Shown: one piece after another, positions 13,977 through 26,900 of the stretch
How positions within the stretch are numbered: position 1 is the first letter of the stretch
How the letters are laid out: each line of letters begins with the position of its first letter
Assembly (NCBI RefSeq): GCF_964204645.1
Contig: NC_134025.1
Location: 23,540,299 to 23,604,298 of the forward strand
DNA from: Tubulanus polymorphus
Lineage: Eukaryota > Animalia > Nemertea
Length of the DNA: 64,000 bases
Direction: 5' to 3'
The notes under the pieces: generated by a model
The model's database searches: none
Told to the model about the DNA's origin: nothing
Seen by the model: only the letters and a program-made list of their open reading frames with translations
Made by a program: the position numbers and the translations under genes

Positions 13977-14693
13977 ATGTCGAAACATTTAGCTTTACCA
14001 GCAATAACTACTACTACGACGCGAAGGACAAATCGTTTACTGACTCCGGACAGATTCGCTATTCAAAGCTTGTACAACAGTCAACGACGTCATCTCCTGG
14101 GCAGACAGCAACGTCTTTTAGAAGAAATCACCCGAAGATGCCGAGAACAAGAAGTTGAACAACTTTCCTGCGAAATATCGCAAAAGTGCAATTTGTTCGA
14201 TCCGGTGGAAGATAGCGTTGAAACTGCTGCTAAACAAATAGCAAGATGTTATCAAAAAGATACAAGGCATTTGGCGCCGATTAAGTTCGAAGACGATTTG
14301 AGTGATCCCCTCTTTTATCGGGATCATACATATTTCCCAGTTCGTCTGCTTCGATCGCGACCTGTTTTGAAACCTTGGCACAGTCTTCAAGAAGATGGGT
14401 CCGATGATTTACCCAGGTCTCAACCCGATGATGAGATAACCTATAGAAAAGGAGTTCATCACGAAAGAAACAGTTTTCCGAAAATGAATCTCGCTCAGCA
14501 TTCAAACACCAACGTGAAGTTTCAGCAACAACTCCATTCTAAAGTTAGGAGTAGGATGGCACCGTTATTTCTACCAAAATTAGCTGGAAACAATCGAAGC
14601 ATCGATAGGTTAAATACGTTCATCAGTTCCAGAAAGTTACACATTTACTCTCGACAAGGCACTCGACTCACAAAACCTGTCAAGAAATGGTAA
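13977..14693 (+). CDS. Uncharacterised intronless 238-aa basic protein
   Basis: 717-nt ATG-to-TAA ORF in AT-rich DNA where chance ORFs are short; good start context (AAAATGT); no recognisable domain. Confidence 0.6.
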   Translation: MSKHLALPAITTTTTRRTNRLLTPDRFAIQSLYNSQRRHLLGRQQRLLEEITRRCREQEVEQLSCEISQKCNLFDPVEDSVETAAKQIARCYQKDTRHLAPIKFEDDLSDPLFYRDHTYFPVRLLRSRPVLKPWHSLQEDGSDDLPRSQPDDEITYRKGVHHERNSFPKMNLAQHSNTNVKFQQQLHSKVRSRMAPLFLPKLAGNNRSIDRLNTFISSRKLHIYSRQGTRLTKPVKKW

Positions 14694-15264
14694 AAAGACA
14701 AACACATATTCTGTGGGACATATAGATACCTAGGGCATGCAATCTTAACAGTGCTCTAATTCTCCGATTGTGTCCTAGCCGTCCTGGCTGCTTCGATTCC
14801 CAATCACTTTATATTCTCAATTTGTTTTGAAGTTATCGAGTAATTTTGGGAAAGTGGGAATATACTCGCATTGAATTGGAAAGAGCATCACCATATGGAA
14901 AACTCAGCGAAATAAGTTATCTTTGTGAAGTAAGTTAAAATGTGTACTGAAAGAAACGTTGCGGATGTACGTACGTGGCCATAAACGATTTTCGCGAAGG
15001 GATTCTGAGCTTGTTTCTGTAAAGGATTTTGTGATAGCTTGCTTGTCAAATTCGAGGAAAATCACGATTGACGATTCTATAAAACTATTCAGAGACTCCA
15101 ATTTCCCGCTGCATATAATGTGCTCTTTCGTATGTATTTGCAACTGTATTTTATTCAACATACTTCGGGATAAAAACTAATTACCTCGAATTAGCCAAGC
15201 GATTTGTTGGTTTCTTATTTACTAATTCCACGCAAGATTCTATAACTAAAATTATGCAAACATA

Positions 15265-15464
15265 TTGCTCAAAAGTTGGTTAGAGCATATGGACTCTGGA
15301 CTCTAGAGGCTGCAGAGTCCATAAGAGTCCTCTAAGAGTCCATGGTTAGAGTTTGCGTATCTATATCCACTGAGGTTATCATAACCTCAGTGGATAGATG
15401 GTTACAATGCAATTCGATCTAATGTCATTTATCCACTGGTTAACTCTAACCAACTTTTGAGTAA
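15265..15464. mobile_element. MITE with terminal inverted repeats and internal hairpins
   Basis: TIR CTCAAAAGTTGGTTAGAG / CTCTAACCAACTTTTGAG. Internal inverted repeats ATGGACTCT...AGAGTCCAT and TATCCACTGAGGTTAT-C-ATAACCTCAGTGGATA. Confidence 0.7.
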
Positions 15465-17407
15465 CTGACCCTTGATTAAATACTTATTATACAAATTTTT
15501 GACGAAATTGCTGAAGGATTCATGTGGTTCTCTATCGATCTCACCCCATCTACTCATTATCTTTCATTAATTACCGAATCATTGGTGGTAAGCTTTTATG
15601 ATCAGATTGCTTGTGAAAATATCCGATCGTGAAACTAAACCACAGGCAGGTTTCTGACAAATCATATTATCTATGCAAGATCCGCCGAATATGAAACTTT
15701 GCGTATAGATTTGGGTACGTCGATATCGGATGATGTGCATTGAAATTACGTTATAGACCAAAGAAAAGATGGAAATTGGAGGCGAGAAATATATACATTA
15801 AGCACGATTGTGTAGTCTTCATCGCAGTTTGTAGCTCCAAGGAATCCACATGGATACAGTCAGAATAAAGCAAGAAACAAGATAAACAATACATTTCAAC
15901 AGTAGCACAACGATTTTTATTTCAATTTCGCATTAGATGAAATTTTCAATACGTAACTTTTGCAAACGAGTAAAAATTTACATGAAGATCATCGTCTTAA
16001 TTCTCCCAGTTGATATATACAGCAAAAGGGGCATCAAAACCAAACTGTTCTGGGTCACGATACGGTCATCGACCCATCAGCAAGAGAAACAAATTACCGG
16101 AAATCTTAATTAAACTCAATGATTTTGCATAAGTTTTTATACGTATTACTATGGCACAAAAATCTAATTACTCAAAAATCGTAAATTTGTTGGCCCCATT
16201 CTAAAACGCTATCAAGATTCCCAATAGAACTTGACATAATAAAATTCACTACATTTTAGGTGTATTTACATTATAAAACAAAGATTTCTCTATGTACATA
16301 CGATTTAATATATACGGTATATATCTTACATAATACAGCATTAGCCTAAACTTTAATAAATTAAATAGGTTTTAATTAGTTACATAATTTGTTCCTACAA
16401 CGAGACCCTCACAACCTCCGAAATCAACCAAAAAGGTCTCCCAAAATCACGATTAAGAACCGAGAAATTTTTTCCACTATCTCGCTTAGCCTAGTACGTG
16501 TATTGAAAAGGGTAGATGAACATACAATGAATAGAGGTCAAATTTCCTCGGTACATGAAAGTCGAACATCGAAATACCTGCTAATTCAGTTATAATCTAT
16601 CGTATTCAAATGCAATTCACTTGAGATTGTAAGAATGCAGCGTAATGACTAGTATCAAAAGTTCATATTTTCGCTAGTATTGCTTCGTAAAATTTCAGGC
16701 TAACATCGAAATATCGTTTGGTCCAATATATCTGCGTACTTCACGATAAATGAACGAAACCTGAGAAAGAAAATTTACCGGTCTACCTCTACGCGTGCTC
16801 CGAGTTGAGAAATTTTAGCACTGTAGGGTTTATTTCATTACATTTAGTAGTTGAAAAATTGATAAACACGCAATTCCTAGCACATTTACGACAAGACAGC
16901 ACCGAACACAAAAAAATCACTATCAGAGATTTTCTCATCAAAAAACGATTCAAGACAAAGATTCTTAAGATATGCCTGGTGGTACAATTACGCTGTATGA
17001 CATCGTATGAATGTATGTACCCTGAAAGCCAGATGAAGCCTCAATATTTAAGATTGCTACGACATACAATATATGCAGATCTACATCAGTGAACGGTACA
17101 CAGCAAATAGATAATAAGTTATTACCTAAAAGCATATGCGGATTACAGATTTGATTTTCTAAAATACAAGATCTCAATTTTGCGAGAGACATCAAATATT
17201 TGATTGTACATGTATCGATAAAAACCAGTTTTTATAAGTTATCTATTTTTTCCCAAACTTCTCAACGGCATATTCAAAATAGCCCAAGAATCTATGAGGA
17301 CATGTACCCTGATATATTCAGTCATGTACATTCTGCATCCAACTTCGACAATGTTTAGGTTAAAAATATTTTAACGTCATCAGTAAATTTTCGGCGTAAA
17401 CTCATCT

Positions 17408-20316
17408 CTAAACATTAACGGCTCCTCTGAGAGATTTGTGAACGGCTGTTATAGTCTGCTGTTCGATACTGCTGTTGATGCTATTTTCGTTCGACGCCGA
17501 GCTCGTGGTCGGTGTGATTTCCTCTCGGATCGGCTCGAGTTGCGCCGACGGGCGTCGACGAGGGCTGTTCTGCCACGACGACGTCGGACTGGGCGATAAG
17601 TCATTGTCGAGTAGATGAGATTCGCTTCCCGGGTAGTACAACGGTTTGTATGTCTGCTGATAACTCTGGTAAGCCGGACTAAAAACCGAGGTGTAAGTCT
17701 GAAATTGAGACGGGAGTTACAGTTGAACTGGGGATAGATGACAGATTGGAAACCAGTGAAATATGATCAAGAAAATTATAAATAAGTAAAATTCTTTAAT
17801 TTTAAAACGAATGGCAGTGAAAAAAGTCTCATCATATCATAATCTATGAATTTTATTCTGCAACTCAGAAGTTATAGAAAAGGTTATAAGCGAACAGTTC
17901 CACCTTGATTGACGAAATATACCGTAGATTTCTCAAGTGCAAATTTGATTTCTTCAAAAATAAATGGTCACAGCATAACTCAAAATAACAGTTCTTACTT
18001 ACACCTTCCTCACTGAATGCTGGAAGCAGATCGTCTTGATCAGAATTATTCTCAATCGGTTGAAACACGCATAACATCGCCCAGATCGGCAGCAGAAATT
18101 TGATCACCTAGAATTTACTCGAAAGTGCTAATCATTCTCGATTGAATTGATAATGTAAGATAATTAAATCAAAATGACTTAAAACGTACCATGAAAATTC
18201 CAAATACAGGTGTATAAATTTCTTGCATGTGGAGCTAAAAACAATGATAATACGACAATCAATAAACTAACAATTCTGCATAAATCATTTGAATAGGCTT
18301 TTTATGTGATAACTCTCAACTTACAAATATTGCACTGCACCCTCTTTCTTCATCTCCCACTGAAACATATATGAAGATACATTAGGACTTACGATATACA
18401 CCAGGGCCCGGTTTTACAGACTGGTATTACCTTATTAAACACGGGGGCTAACTCAATTGACAATGAATTGAGTTAGCCCCCGAATTAAAGATAATACCAG
18501 TCTATAAAACCGGCCCCAGGTTGTTTAGAAATCGGTTACAAGTGGTTACAACGAAGATGATTTTCGCAACTTACACGCTTTCATGGTTATATCATAAACA
18601 AGTCCAGCAAACGCCGACAGTTCAAACACCATGATTACCCTAAAACCAATCAGAAATAACAATTTAGATAATTGTTAATTTAGACTCCATCCATAATCGA
18701 AATGAATTCACAGCAATTCCAGCAGCTTTAGAAGAAAGGCTGAATTTTAAGTGTAGGGACAATTCTTTTTGAAAAACCTACCCCCAGAGATCACGTTTTT
18801 GGGCCCGTCTCACCGATTCCAGGGTACTAATTTCGTTCAGACGACGTGATATATAAAATCCAGCCACCATGAACAACTGCACCAAGATAAATTCAGCTGT
18901 CGACAGTTCTAACCATTGAGGTTCTAAAGAAAGAATGGCAACTCTTGAATACTAGTCAAAGAAATATCAAAAGCATGGTATATCTTTCAATTGTAAATGA
19001 AGTAGTATTACATTAAAGGGTTGAAACTTTCCCTAATCGGGAGTTTGGTTAGATATAGTTTTGTTAATTTGAAATGTACAGTTTTAGAGCCACACAGGAT
19101 ACTTACGTAGACATTCCACCCAGGAAGACTGTATCGACATAACACCCATCACAGTTACAATGGTGAAATAGAGAGTTGAAACTACCAATAATGGTAACAA
19201 GACCCTGAAAACAAAGCATGAAATCAATTCAAATAGCTTTACACATCATTGATACTTCTCAGTAGATCAGAGGTGCAATACAGTCGGCACATTCTGTATC
19301 GGAGATATAAGTATAATGGGGTCATCGAAACCATCAATTCACTCAGGTTTTATATACATACATACCATCTACTGAGCATTTCCTTTCTGAGAACACGTGT
19401 AGCCAGATTCCAGTAGAAATGACACACAACCAAGAACTGTATCAATTTCAGATACTGCGTGATGAAATCGAACTCTGAATATCCACCTATCAGCCAATGA
19501 ACTGAGCTGAAATATTTGAGTAAAGACCAGACATAAAACTCGAAGAAGGCAAGGTTTTCGGTTTAAGTCAACAATAAATGGCCTTTCCGGAAAAAAATGG
19601 GAGTTTAGTGATGAAATAAGTATCCCTGAACATTTTTGTCTAAATCCAAACAACTCAAACTTGGAGCTTCAATTTCATTGAAATGTACATTGTATAAATT
19701 GATACATGTACATCATATATATATATATTGTACATACCATATAACACATTCAATGACAGCCGTATAGAAGATGATATACTGGTGTAGAGTTGGATGTCGA
19801 TTCAGATGAAGTTTGATGATCTTTACAAAACACAGCAGTCCGGTAATGATTGCAAAGAAAGCCATGACACCATTCCTGAAATAGCAACAAATCAATACTC
19901 AGCTATACCTGAATACAAGCAGTATTGTATTCGATAGGCTTACTCATGACAAACCCCTTCACATCTGAGCTGTTTTAGAACCAACAGATGAATTATAAAA
20001 AATTCTACTCAAAATATCTGTAGTTAAAAGCAGTGATCTAATGAAGAATGTAACGGATGAAGAATGATTAAACATTGAAGGGTAAAAACGAAAAGACCAA
20101 ATCACATCTTTGGAACAAGACAATGCATGAGGCTTTGAAGCCATCGAAATTTGAAGAATTAACTGTATTTTGCACCATAATTGAAGTGCGAAAATTTGAT
20201 TACCTGGCACACGCAATTGTGTTGAAGTTGCGAAAACAACCTTTCTTCGCAACATCGATTGACTCATTTTCGTGGTTGGAAGAATTTGGATAGTATGCCG
20301 GTAAAATATCCAACAT
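17408..20316 (-). CDS. Uncharacterised multi-pass (~7 TM) membrane protein with a Ser/Pro-rich cytoplasmic tail
   Basis: Ten phase-consistent exons from ATG 20316: MLDILPAYYPNSSNHENES...; NGVMAFFAIITGLLCFVKII; QYIIFYTAVIECVIC; ITQYLKLIQFLVVCHFYW; VLLPLLVVSTLYFTIVTVMG; WLELSTAEFILVQLFMVAGFYI; VIMVFELSAFAGLVYD; IFMVIKFLLPIWAMLCVF; tail ending at TAG 17408-17410. Confidence 0.85.
18405..18516. mobile_element. PIF/Harbinger (Tourist-like) MITE in an intron
   Basis: TIR GGCCCGGTTTTACAGACTGGTATT / AATACCAGTCTATAAAACCGGCCC with 3-bp duplication CAG on both sides; internal hairpin GGGGCTAACTCAATT...AATTGAGTTAGCCCC. Confidence 0.8.
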
Positions 20317-21530
20317 GTTCGCGTCTCGAGTAGTTTGCCAATTCTGCCACATTTTTCAGATGGAACTACTAAGCCTACTACGGATTTCGTTCTGACGCTA
20401 AACGCAAAGCTACATGACGATAACCGCGATCACTTAACATCGAATTTCTGCTATTCACAACACGAACAAAAACCTGAAATGAGCCAAAATCTGGAGAAGT
20501 TAGCGCTTCTATCGCGAAGAATTAATTTTGGCACGCCGAACATATCAATGACAATGGAATTGGCACGCAGACAGTTTGTAAGATAAAGATCGATGTTTAT
20601 CAAGGACAATAATCTAAAGACCTAAACACCGAGAACGGGTCAATTGATAAGCTCTTTGATTTAAGTACAGTATATATCACAGTTAAAGTCAGAGGTTAAA
20701 TCATTCCTCAAGGTGAATGAGGTTAAAAATTCTAAATTCTTATGATACAAGATAGTGTAAATAGTGTTAACGATTACACACGAGACAGTGAATGTTCAAA
20801 TGAACTCCATTCAGAGACTACTATCTCATCAAAATTGAATTCAAATCACGCTACTATCGATTACTAAGAACAGAAACTCGATTGACCTCACTTCAACTAC
20901 ATTTATCAATGCAACTAAAGACTAAAGTGCATAATACCATTCTAAACACGACAAGCCACGTGTTGACATTTTGTCTTTAACTTAAGACTTGGAAGGGATT
21001 TTATTCTTCAAGAAAAATTTTCAAAAATTTTGCCCATAGTCAACTTCTCACACTAAGAGGATATTTTCAGTTATGCCCGCCACAAAATAAAGAAATAAAT
21101 GCTCAAAATAATAGCTTAGCTCCAGAATGCCAGATTAGGTTACTCTAGCCAAGTTGTCAGTGGTGGATCCAGATCCGCAATCGCTCGCTTTTTTCGGCCA
21201 ACCAAACATTTTTTATCATATGGGTGTTTTTAGTAGCCTTTATATTTGAAATTGAATGAGCTTGAGGATTGTGAAAATATCCAATTGATGTGAACGCTAA
21301 ACCAAAACAGACCGGGCAGAGCTAGGGGCGCAGCTTTGGCCAGGCCTATAAATTTGCCGAAATTTTTTGTCTGAAAGTAATACTCGAAAACTTTTGCTCA
21401 TCCTACTCCCATCCCCGTGAAATGTTTTGCAAGATGCCCCAGCAGAGCCTTCGCACTGCATCCATTTAAAACATTGGATAGGCCACTTCGCTTATTGGTC
21501 TGGATATGATGATGGGCAAATCACAGGGGC

Positions 21531-21681
21531 TCGTCACGATAACGGGGGGCCCATAATCAAAGATTTGACCCAGTATCCTAGGTACCACCACATAAAAAAG
21601 AATATATTTTTTATAGGTAGTGCCTAAGATACTCGGATACTGGGTCAAATCTTTGATTTTGGACCCCCAAATCGTGACAAG
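21531..21681. mobile_element. Hairpin MITE-like inverted repeat
   Basis: Arms GTCACGAT...AATCAAAGATTTGACCCAGTATCC / GGATACTGGGTCAAATCTTTGATT...ATCGTGAC. These explain the mirror-image ORFs 21427..21627 and 21466..21723. Confidence 0.7.
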
Positions 21682-23979
21682 TCCCTGCTGCTGTGTGTGG
21701 GGCAACTGACAACTTGCTTCCACCGGCCTTGCAAAGCCACTCTCAATTTCTTCAGCCAGTCCGGTACGTTGATGTTGGTAACAAATGCCAAGTTAAGCCA
21801 GGCAATCATTGGACTTGGTTGGGTTTTCACTGACTGACAGTGACATTACTGATTACTGTCAGTGTCAGTACAGTAATACTAAATTTAAGTAAATAAATGT
21901 CACTAAAACTGAGCTTCTTCATTCATCTGTTCAAAGATTCATCTCGATTAACCAGTTAACAACGACGTATCAATAAATGTATCCTAACACCTCAGTAGGG
22001 CCTAAAATATAGACTAAAGATGGGCATTGACATCGATGATAAATCCATCTAAATGAGAGATTTTCATAATTTTTTCACGACCCACTTTGACAACTCACCA
22101 CCATATTTACAAATATAGAGAAATTCGCACGATCGCGACTCGGATGATCTTAGTTCTAGCTCCCACCACGACTTGAACATGGCAGCACAAGTCGGCGTCA
22201 GAATTTCCATATAAACGATCACAAATCAATAATCAATAACACTGAATTACACATGTAGATACATTCAATTGCTTTTATTTATTTTCAATAATTGAAACAA
22301 CGAGACGAAGCACCACTTCTCTTATTATCATAAAAACCATACAAAACGTACCCAATCTTATAACATCTAATAGACATTAGGCCTGCATACAAGTATTAAA
22401 AAAAGATGGGTATTGAGATAAAGAATGAATAAAATTTCCAGTCCAACAATCTTTTATCCAATAACTTTGCCGAGAAAAACTTGGTGAACATTCTAGGACA
22501 CACTTCAAAAATAACAAATAATATGCTGACTTGATATGCCTTCAAAAACAATAAAATAAATCGAATGAAAATTGTTGTTAGCCAACATGATCTATATTAT
22601 TTCGAAATCTAAAAACTGTTCAAATCCAACAATCATAAATATATCACATTTTCATTTTTTTCTAAAATAAAATCCTTACTTGGATGAATTTGGTGTTTTC
22701 ACTGAAAGTTAGTATACCGAATTATCATTGATATTCAATTAAAAACAGAATAATATTATGATGCAAAAAAACAGCACAGATTAGAATAAAACATATAGCG
22801 TTTAATGAAAAATATTCGAAATTAGTCGTAATAAAAGAGTGCCTCTCAAAGGTTTAAAATCAACGTATCACTTTAAAAAGTGAAACCAAATTATAACCTT
22901 TTAATACTTTCTCGTGAATCCAAAAAGTATCCATTAAACCACATATGGTTATTTGAAATTGGTGACTACGTAAACGGAACCTCAATTTTGAATACTAATT
23001 TGGTTAAGTACCAAGTGAATTTCTAGGTACGCGACAGTTTCCCAGAATTTGAAATACAGTAAAGCAGTATCATATACACATAGAATAAATTTTTAGATTC
23101 TATTATTGCAACGAAATGATAAAGGATGCACTGATTTAGTGATGTTCATAGCCATTATCATCCCGCATAACAATTTGATCGCAATCAATATTTTTCATCA
23201 AGTCATTTGATCCTGGCTCTCATCATTATCTGTAGAAAAAGGATTCAACGCATATCTACCTATACATCTATGTACTTAGTACCTCTATAATGACCGCAGT
23301 ATACAAGATATATTCTTTACATGTTACAATAATTTACACGATGAGCACCAAAATTTATCATATATTTACAACATATAATAATATCATCATTGTTAAGACG
23401 CAAGCAAGCTTATCAGACAACGAATACCGGTACAGTAGATTCGAGGCTTATCCCATGGAACCTGATGGACCAATACATTGTTCAAGCTTATCATAAGGAA
23501 AGCAATAACGGTAGACGGATGTGTCCTCAGTTTGTGGATTGTATAAGAATCCAACAATTCATGCATAAAATTACCTATTCTATTATCTTATAGTTTCTGG
23601 ATTTTGCCAAAATTTGATTGTCTCTATGATGATGGAATTCAGGCAAAATCCTGAAACTGCAAGATAATAAATAGATATACATCAATTATAGGATTTTCAT
23701 CTAATTTCAATGAGATGTACTCATTCAATACAATTCTGATTAAGCCAAAATATACAGAACACTGTAGTGAATTTGGCTTTTGAAGCTACTAGGGGCAGCT
23801 GTACAGTAATGACTTAAGACGCAATCTCTTGAACATCTTTGTGCTAGCTAAGCTCATTTTAGCAAATCTTACAACTTGCGATGTGTGGGGAACATGAGCC
23901 CATTTCTCAATTAAGATTCATACATATACATTATTTCACACAATCTAACTGTAGTGTTAGTCATACAACAAAATACATA

Positions 23980-26900
23980 TCACACATCACTTTCCTTTAA
24001 GTTGAGACTCGTGCACAAATGCGGGTACTCATTTTCAAATGTATGTAAGTCCTGCGATGTAATATCCGATGAAAGAAATTCATTCACAGCTTCTAAGTCT
24101 CTTTCCTTATCCTACAATTGAAAAATAAATATAATTTTAATTCCAAGTTTGAAAAGGCTGTTAAATTGTTGAATTTATTGCAGACATTAAGAGCAAGTGT
24201 ACCAAAAAAAGAAATTTAGTGAATATTCTCCCATGTCAACTCGCCCTATCTTTTATATACTCTCGCAAACCGATGGTAGTTGTAACTAGAATTTGAATAT
24301 ATGCTCCACCCTTTAGCCCAATGGAATACAGTACTTTCTCATTTAAAGTACAGTACCAGTAGCTACCGAAATGAATTAATTCAACGCTGTATCGAACCTT
24401 TAGTGTTCGTTGTAAACTTTGTAATTTCATCATCTTTTCAACTTCGTCTGATGAACGCGTAGTTTTTGCAAGAACCGTCCGCCTGCGGCTGTTCATGTTT
24501 TCACCGTCGATTATCGAAAGATTTTGACGTTTGAATTGATCGGTTAGTCGTTTCAATTCGTCACCTTGCCGTCTCAAACGTACAGGTTCTTCACTACCTA
24601 TCAATTCATATAATACACACAGCTTAGAAGCTTAGTCGGGATGGGTTTAAAACTGTGGATAACATAAAAATCATGAGGAACGTTTTCTATTCATCTACGG
24701 CCTTAAGAACAGGGGTCTAAACTGACCAACCAATCAGTTGTATATACCGATTCAGTTGTATTTACCCTACGTTTTACAGTCAAACCTAGTTAATTTTAGC
24801 GGAGAAGTGATTATAACAAAAATTTTCATGTCACAGCGGAAAATTTTGTTATTTCCTTTGATTTTCATTGATATCGCTTTCAAAGAGATAGCAGGTAGAA
24901 TGGAACAAATTCTGTGTCCCTTGAGCAATTTTCATTGATTACAACAAAATACCAGAGGTTGCAGCATACAGAGGTAGTGCTAAATGAGTCTGGATGTACT
25001 ATAATAAGTTCTGGGATTGATCTTTGTTCTCGGGTAGGCCATGTCTTCATGCACTCTGTGGGTCAGTGTCAGCGCTGATGGAGGTACATGAGATGGCTTC
25101 GCTGTACAGTACAGTACAACATGAAACGTTGTCATGAAAGTACTTACTACAATATTGAGGTTTCAAGAGTGGATCTAAACGCAATTAAATCATAAACAGA
25201 GATTACAAGCCCCTGGTGGCCCTTGGTCTTTGATATTGAGGCCTACATAATTTTTAAATTTTCTCCCCTACCCCCACTGTATGAATAATCGGATACAACA
25301 AAGTTTTTAAAGGTTGTAACGAGGTTTGACTGTAGCTGCACAGCAGTAGATCTTGAACGTGTATATCCACCTTACCCACAAAACCACAATAACTCACGAG
25401 GTTCACTGATCTACGCACCTTCACTATCGGTGACTGTTATTTTGACTTTAGCTGGACTATCACAGTTATGCCTTGAGTGGAAATCTTCTGATATACTCGA
25501 CGAATCGCTATCAGTTGTATGTCGATGTTGATAGGATAAACTGTCTTTGTCCGTATCACGGTCACTCTCCTCTTCACTTTCGCTATAATATCCAGGCTCT
25601 ACAATGAAACAAATTCAAACCTATCAACATTTTAATGTCATGCAATGAATATTGTTTAATTGGTAACAAAAAAACTCTACAGACTAAAATCCACATTTTT
25701 TGGGTGTAAATTTGATTCAAAGAGATACTGCCTGGTTGAAAATGAAGCACGGCAATCCTCACAATACAAGTGCTGAAGGTTCAAGCCCTCCAAAGGAACA
25801 AGGCTTATATCTAGAGGAGCTGAGATGTGTTTTCCAAACATTTTAGACTCATAATCAACTACGGTTTAAGTTCAGTAATTTCTATAGCCTCCGGCTTTAT
25901 AAAACATCAAGGATTAAGTGCTCTAGCATGGTGGGCTGCCGTGCTGAAGTCCCTCACTGAGAACATTTTATCATAAAATAAATCAATATTAACTTATGAA
26001 TTATGAACCACAAGACTTACGTAGTTGTGGAACTTTTAGTTTAACTGATGCGCCAGGGTTGTGAAATCCACCGATAGTGCCAGCACTGGTGGACGACGCA
26101 TCAAAACCAATAGCTGCGAGTCCTAGTTTATTCATCCATCTAAATGAGATAATAAACAGAAAACATCACTTTCCATTGATACGTTCATTGAGAATAAACA
26201 TTTAACCCGTAATGCATATGAAACAACAACGTACTTGCTTCTGTCTTCTTGACTATCAGATGCAAAGTAGAACGTGGTACCAGAATGGGCCAGTTTAAAT
26301 GCGCTGAAAACAATGAACATGAGCAAATCTATATTGCAATGCTCGTGAATGTCAACCTATAATGACAATGAAAACATTTCAAGCAAAAAACAGAAAGCTT
26401 AAAAAACAACACTCACAACCGCTTTCCTTTGATTTCCGGAGCTGGCGAAACTTGAAATCCGGGAACTGCTATCAGACCTTCAGCTTTTGTATCCTGCAAT
26501 GATAGCAATAACCTAATGACATACGCAATACCAAAATCATGTACCCATTAGGATAACTGGATATAAGCCTATACATTAAATTGTCTGAAAACTGCAGTCA
26601 GGACAGTTTTGCTGAAATTGCAACGTGGTCAATATCAACTAGAATAATTTCCAAATCCTATAATTTCTCGAATAAGATTTATTTCAAATTAAGTACAACA
26701 GAGACTTAAAAAAGCAGATCTTTGAAGGAACAACGCAACAGAAGCGAAGTGAAGTAACCAAACATCAGTTCCGCTTGAAATAGAGATTGTTACATGGATG
26801 TTCTCTTTTTCTGGATTAAAGCAACCACGCATCCATGCCTTCCTATACAACAGCTGTTATGTGTATAATATAAATATATTAGTAGAATGTCTGTTTTTAC

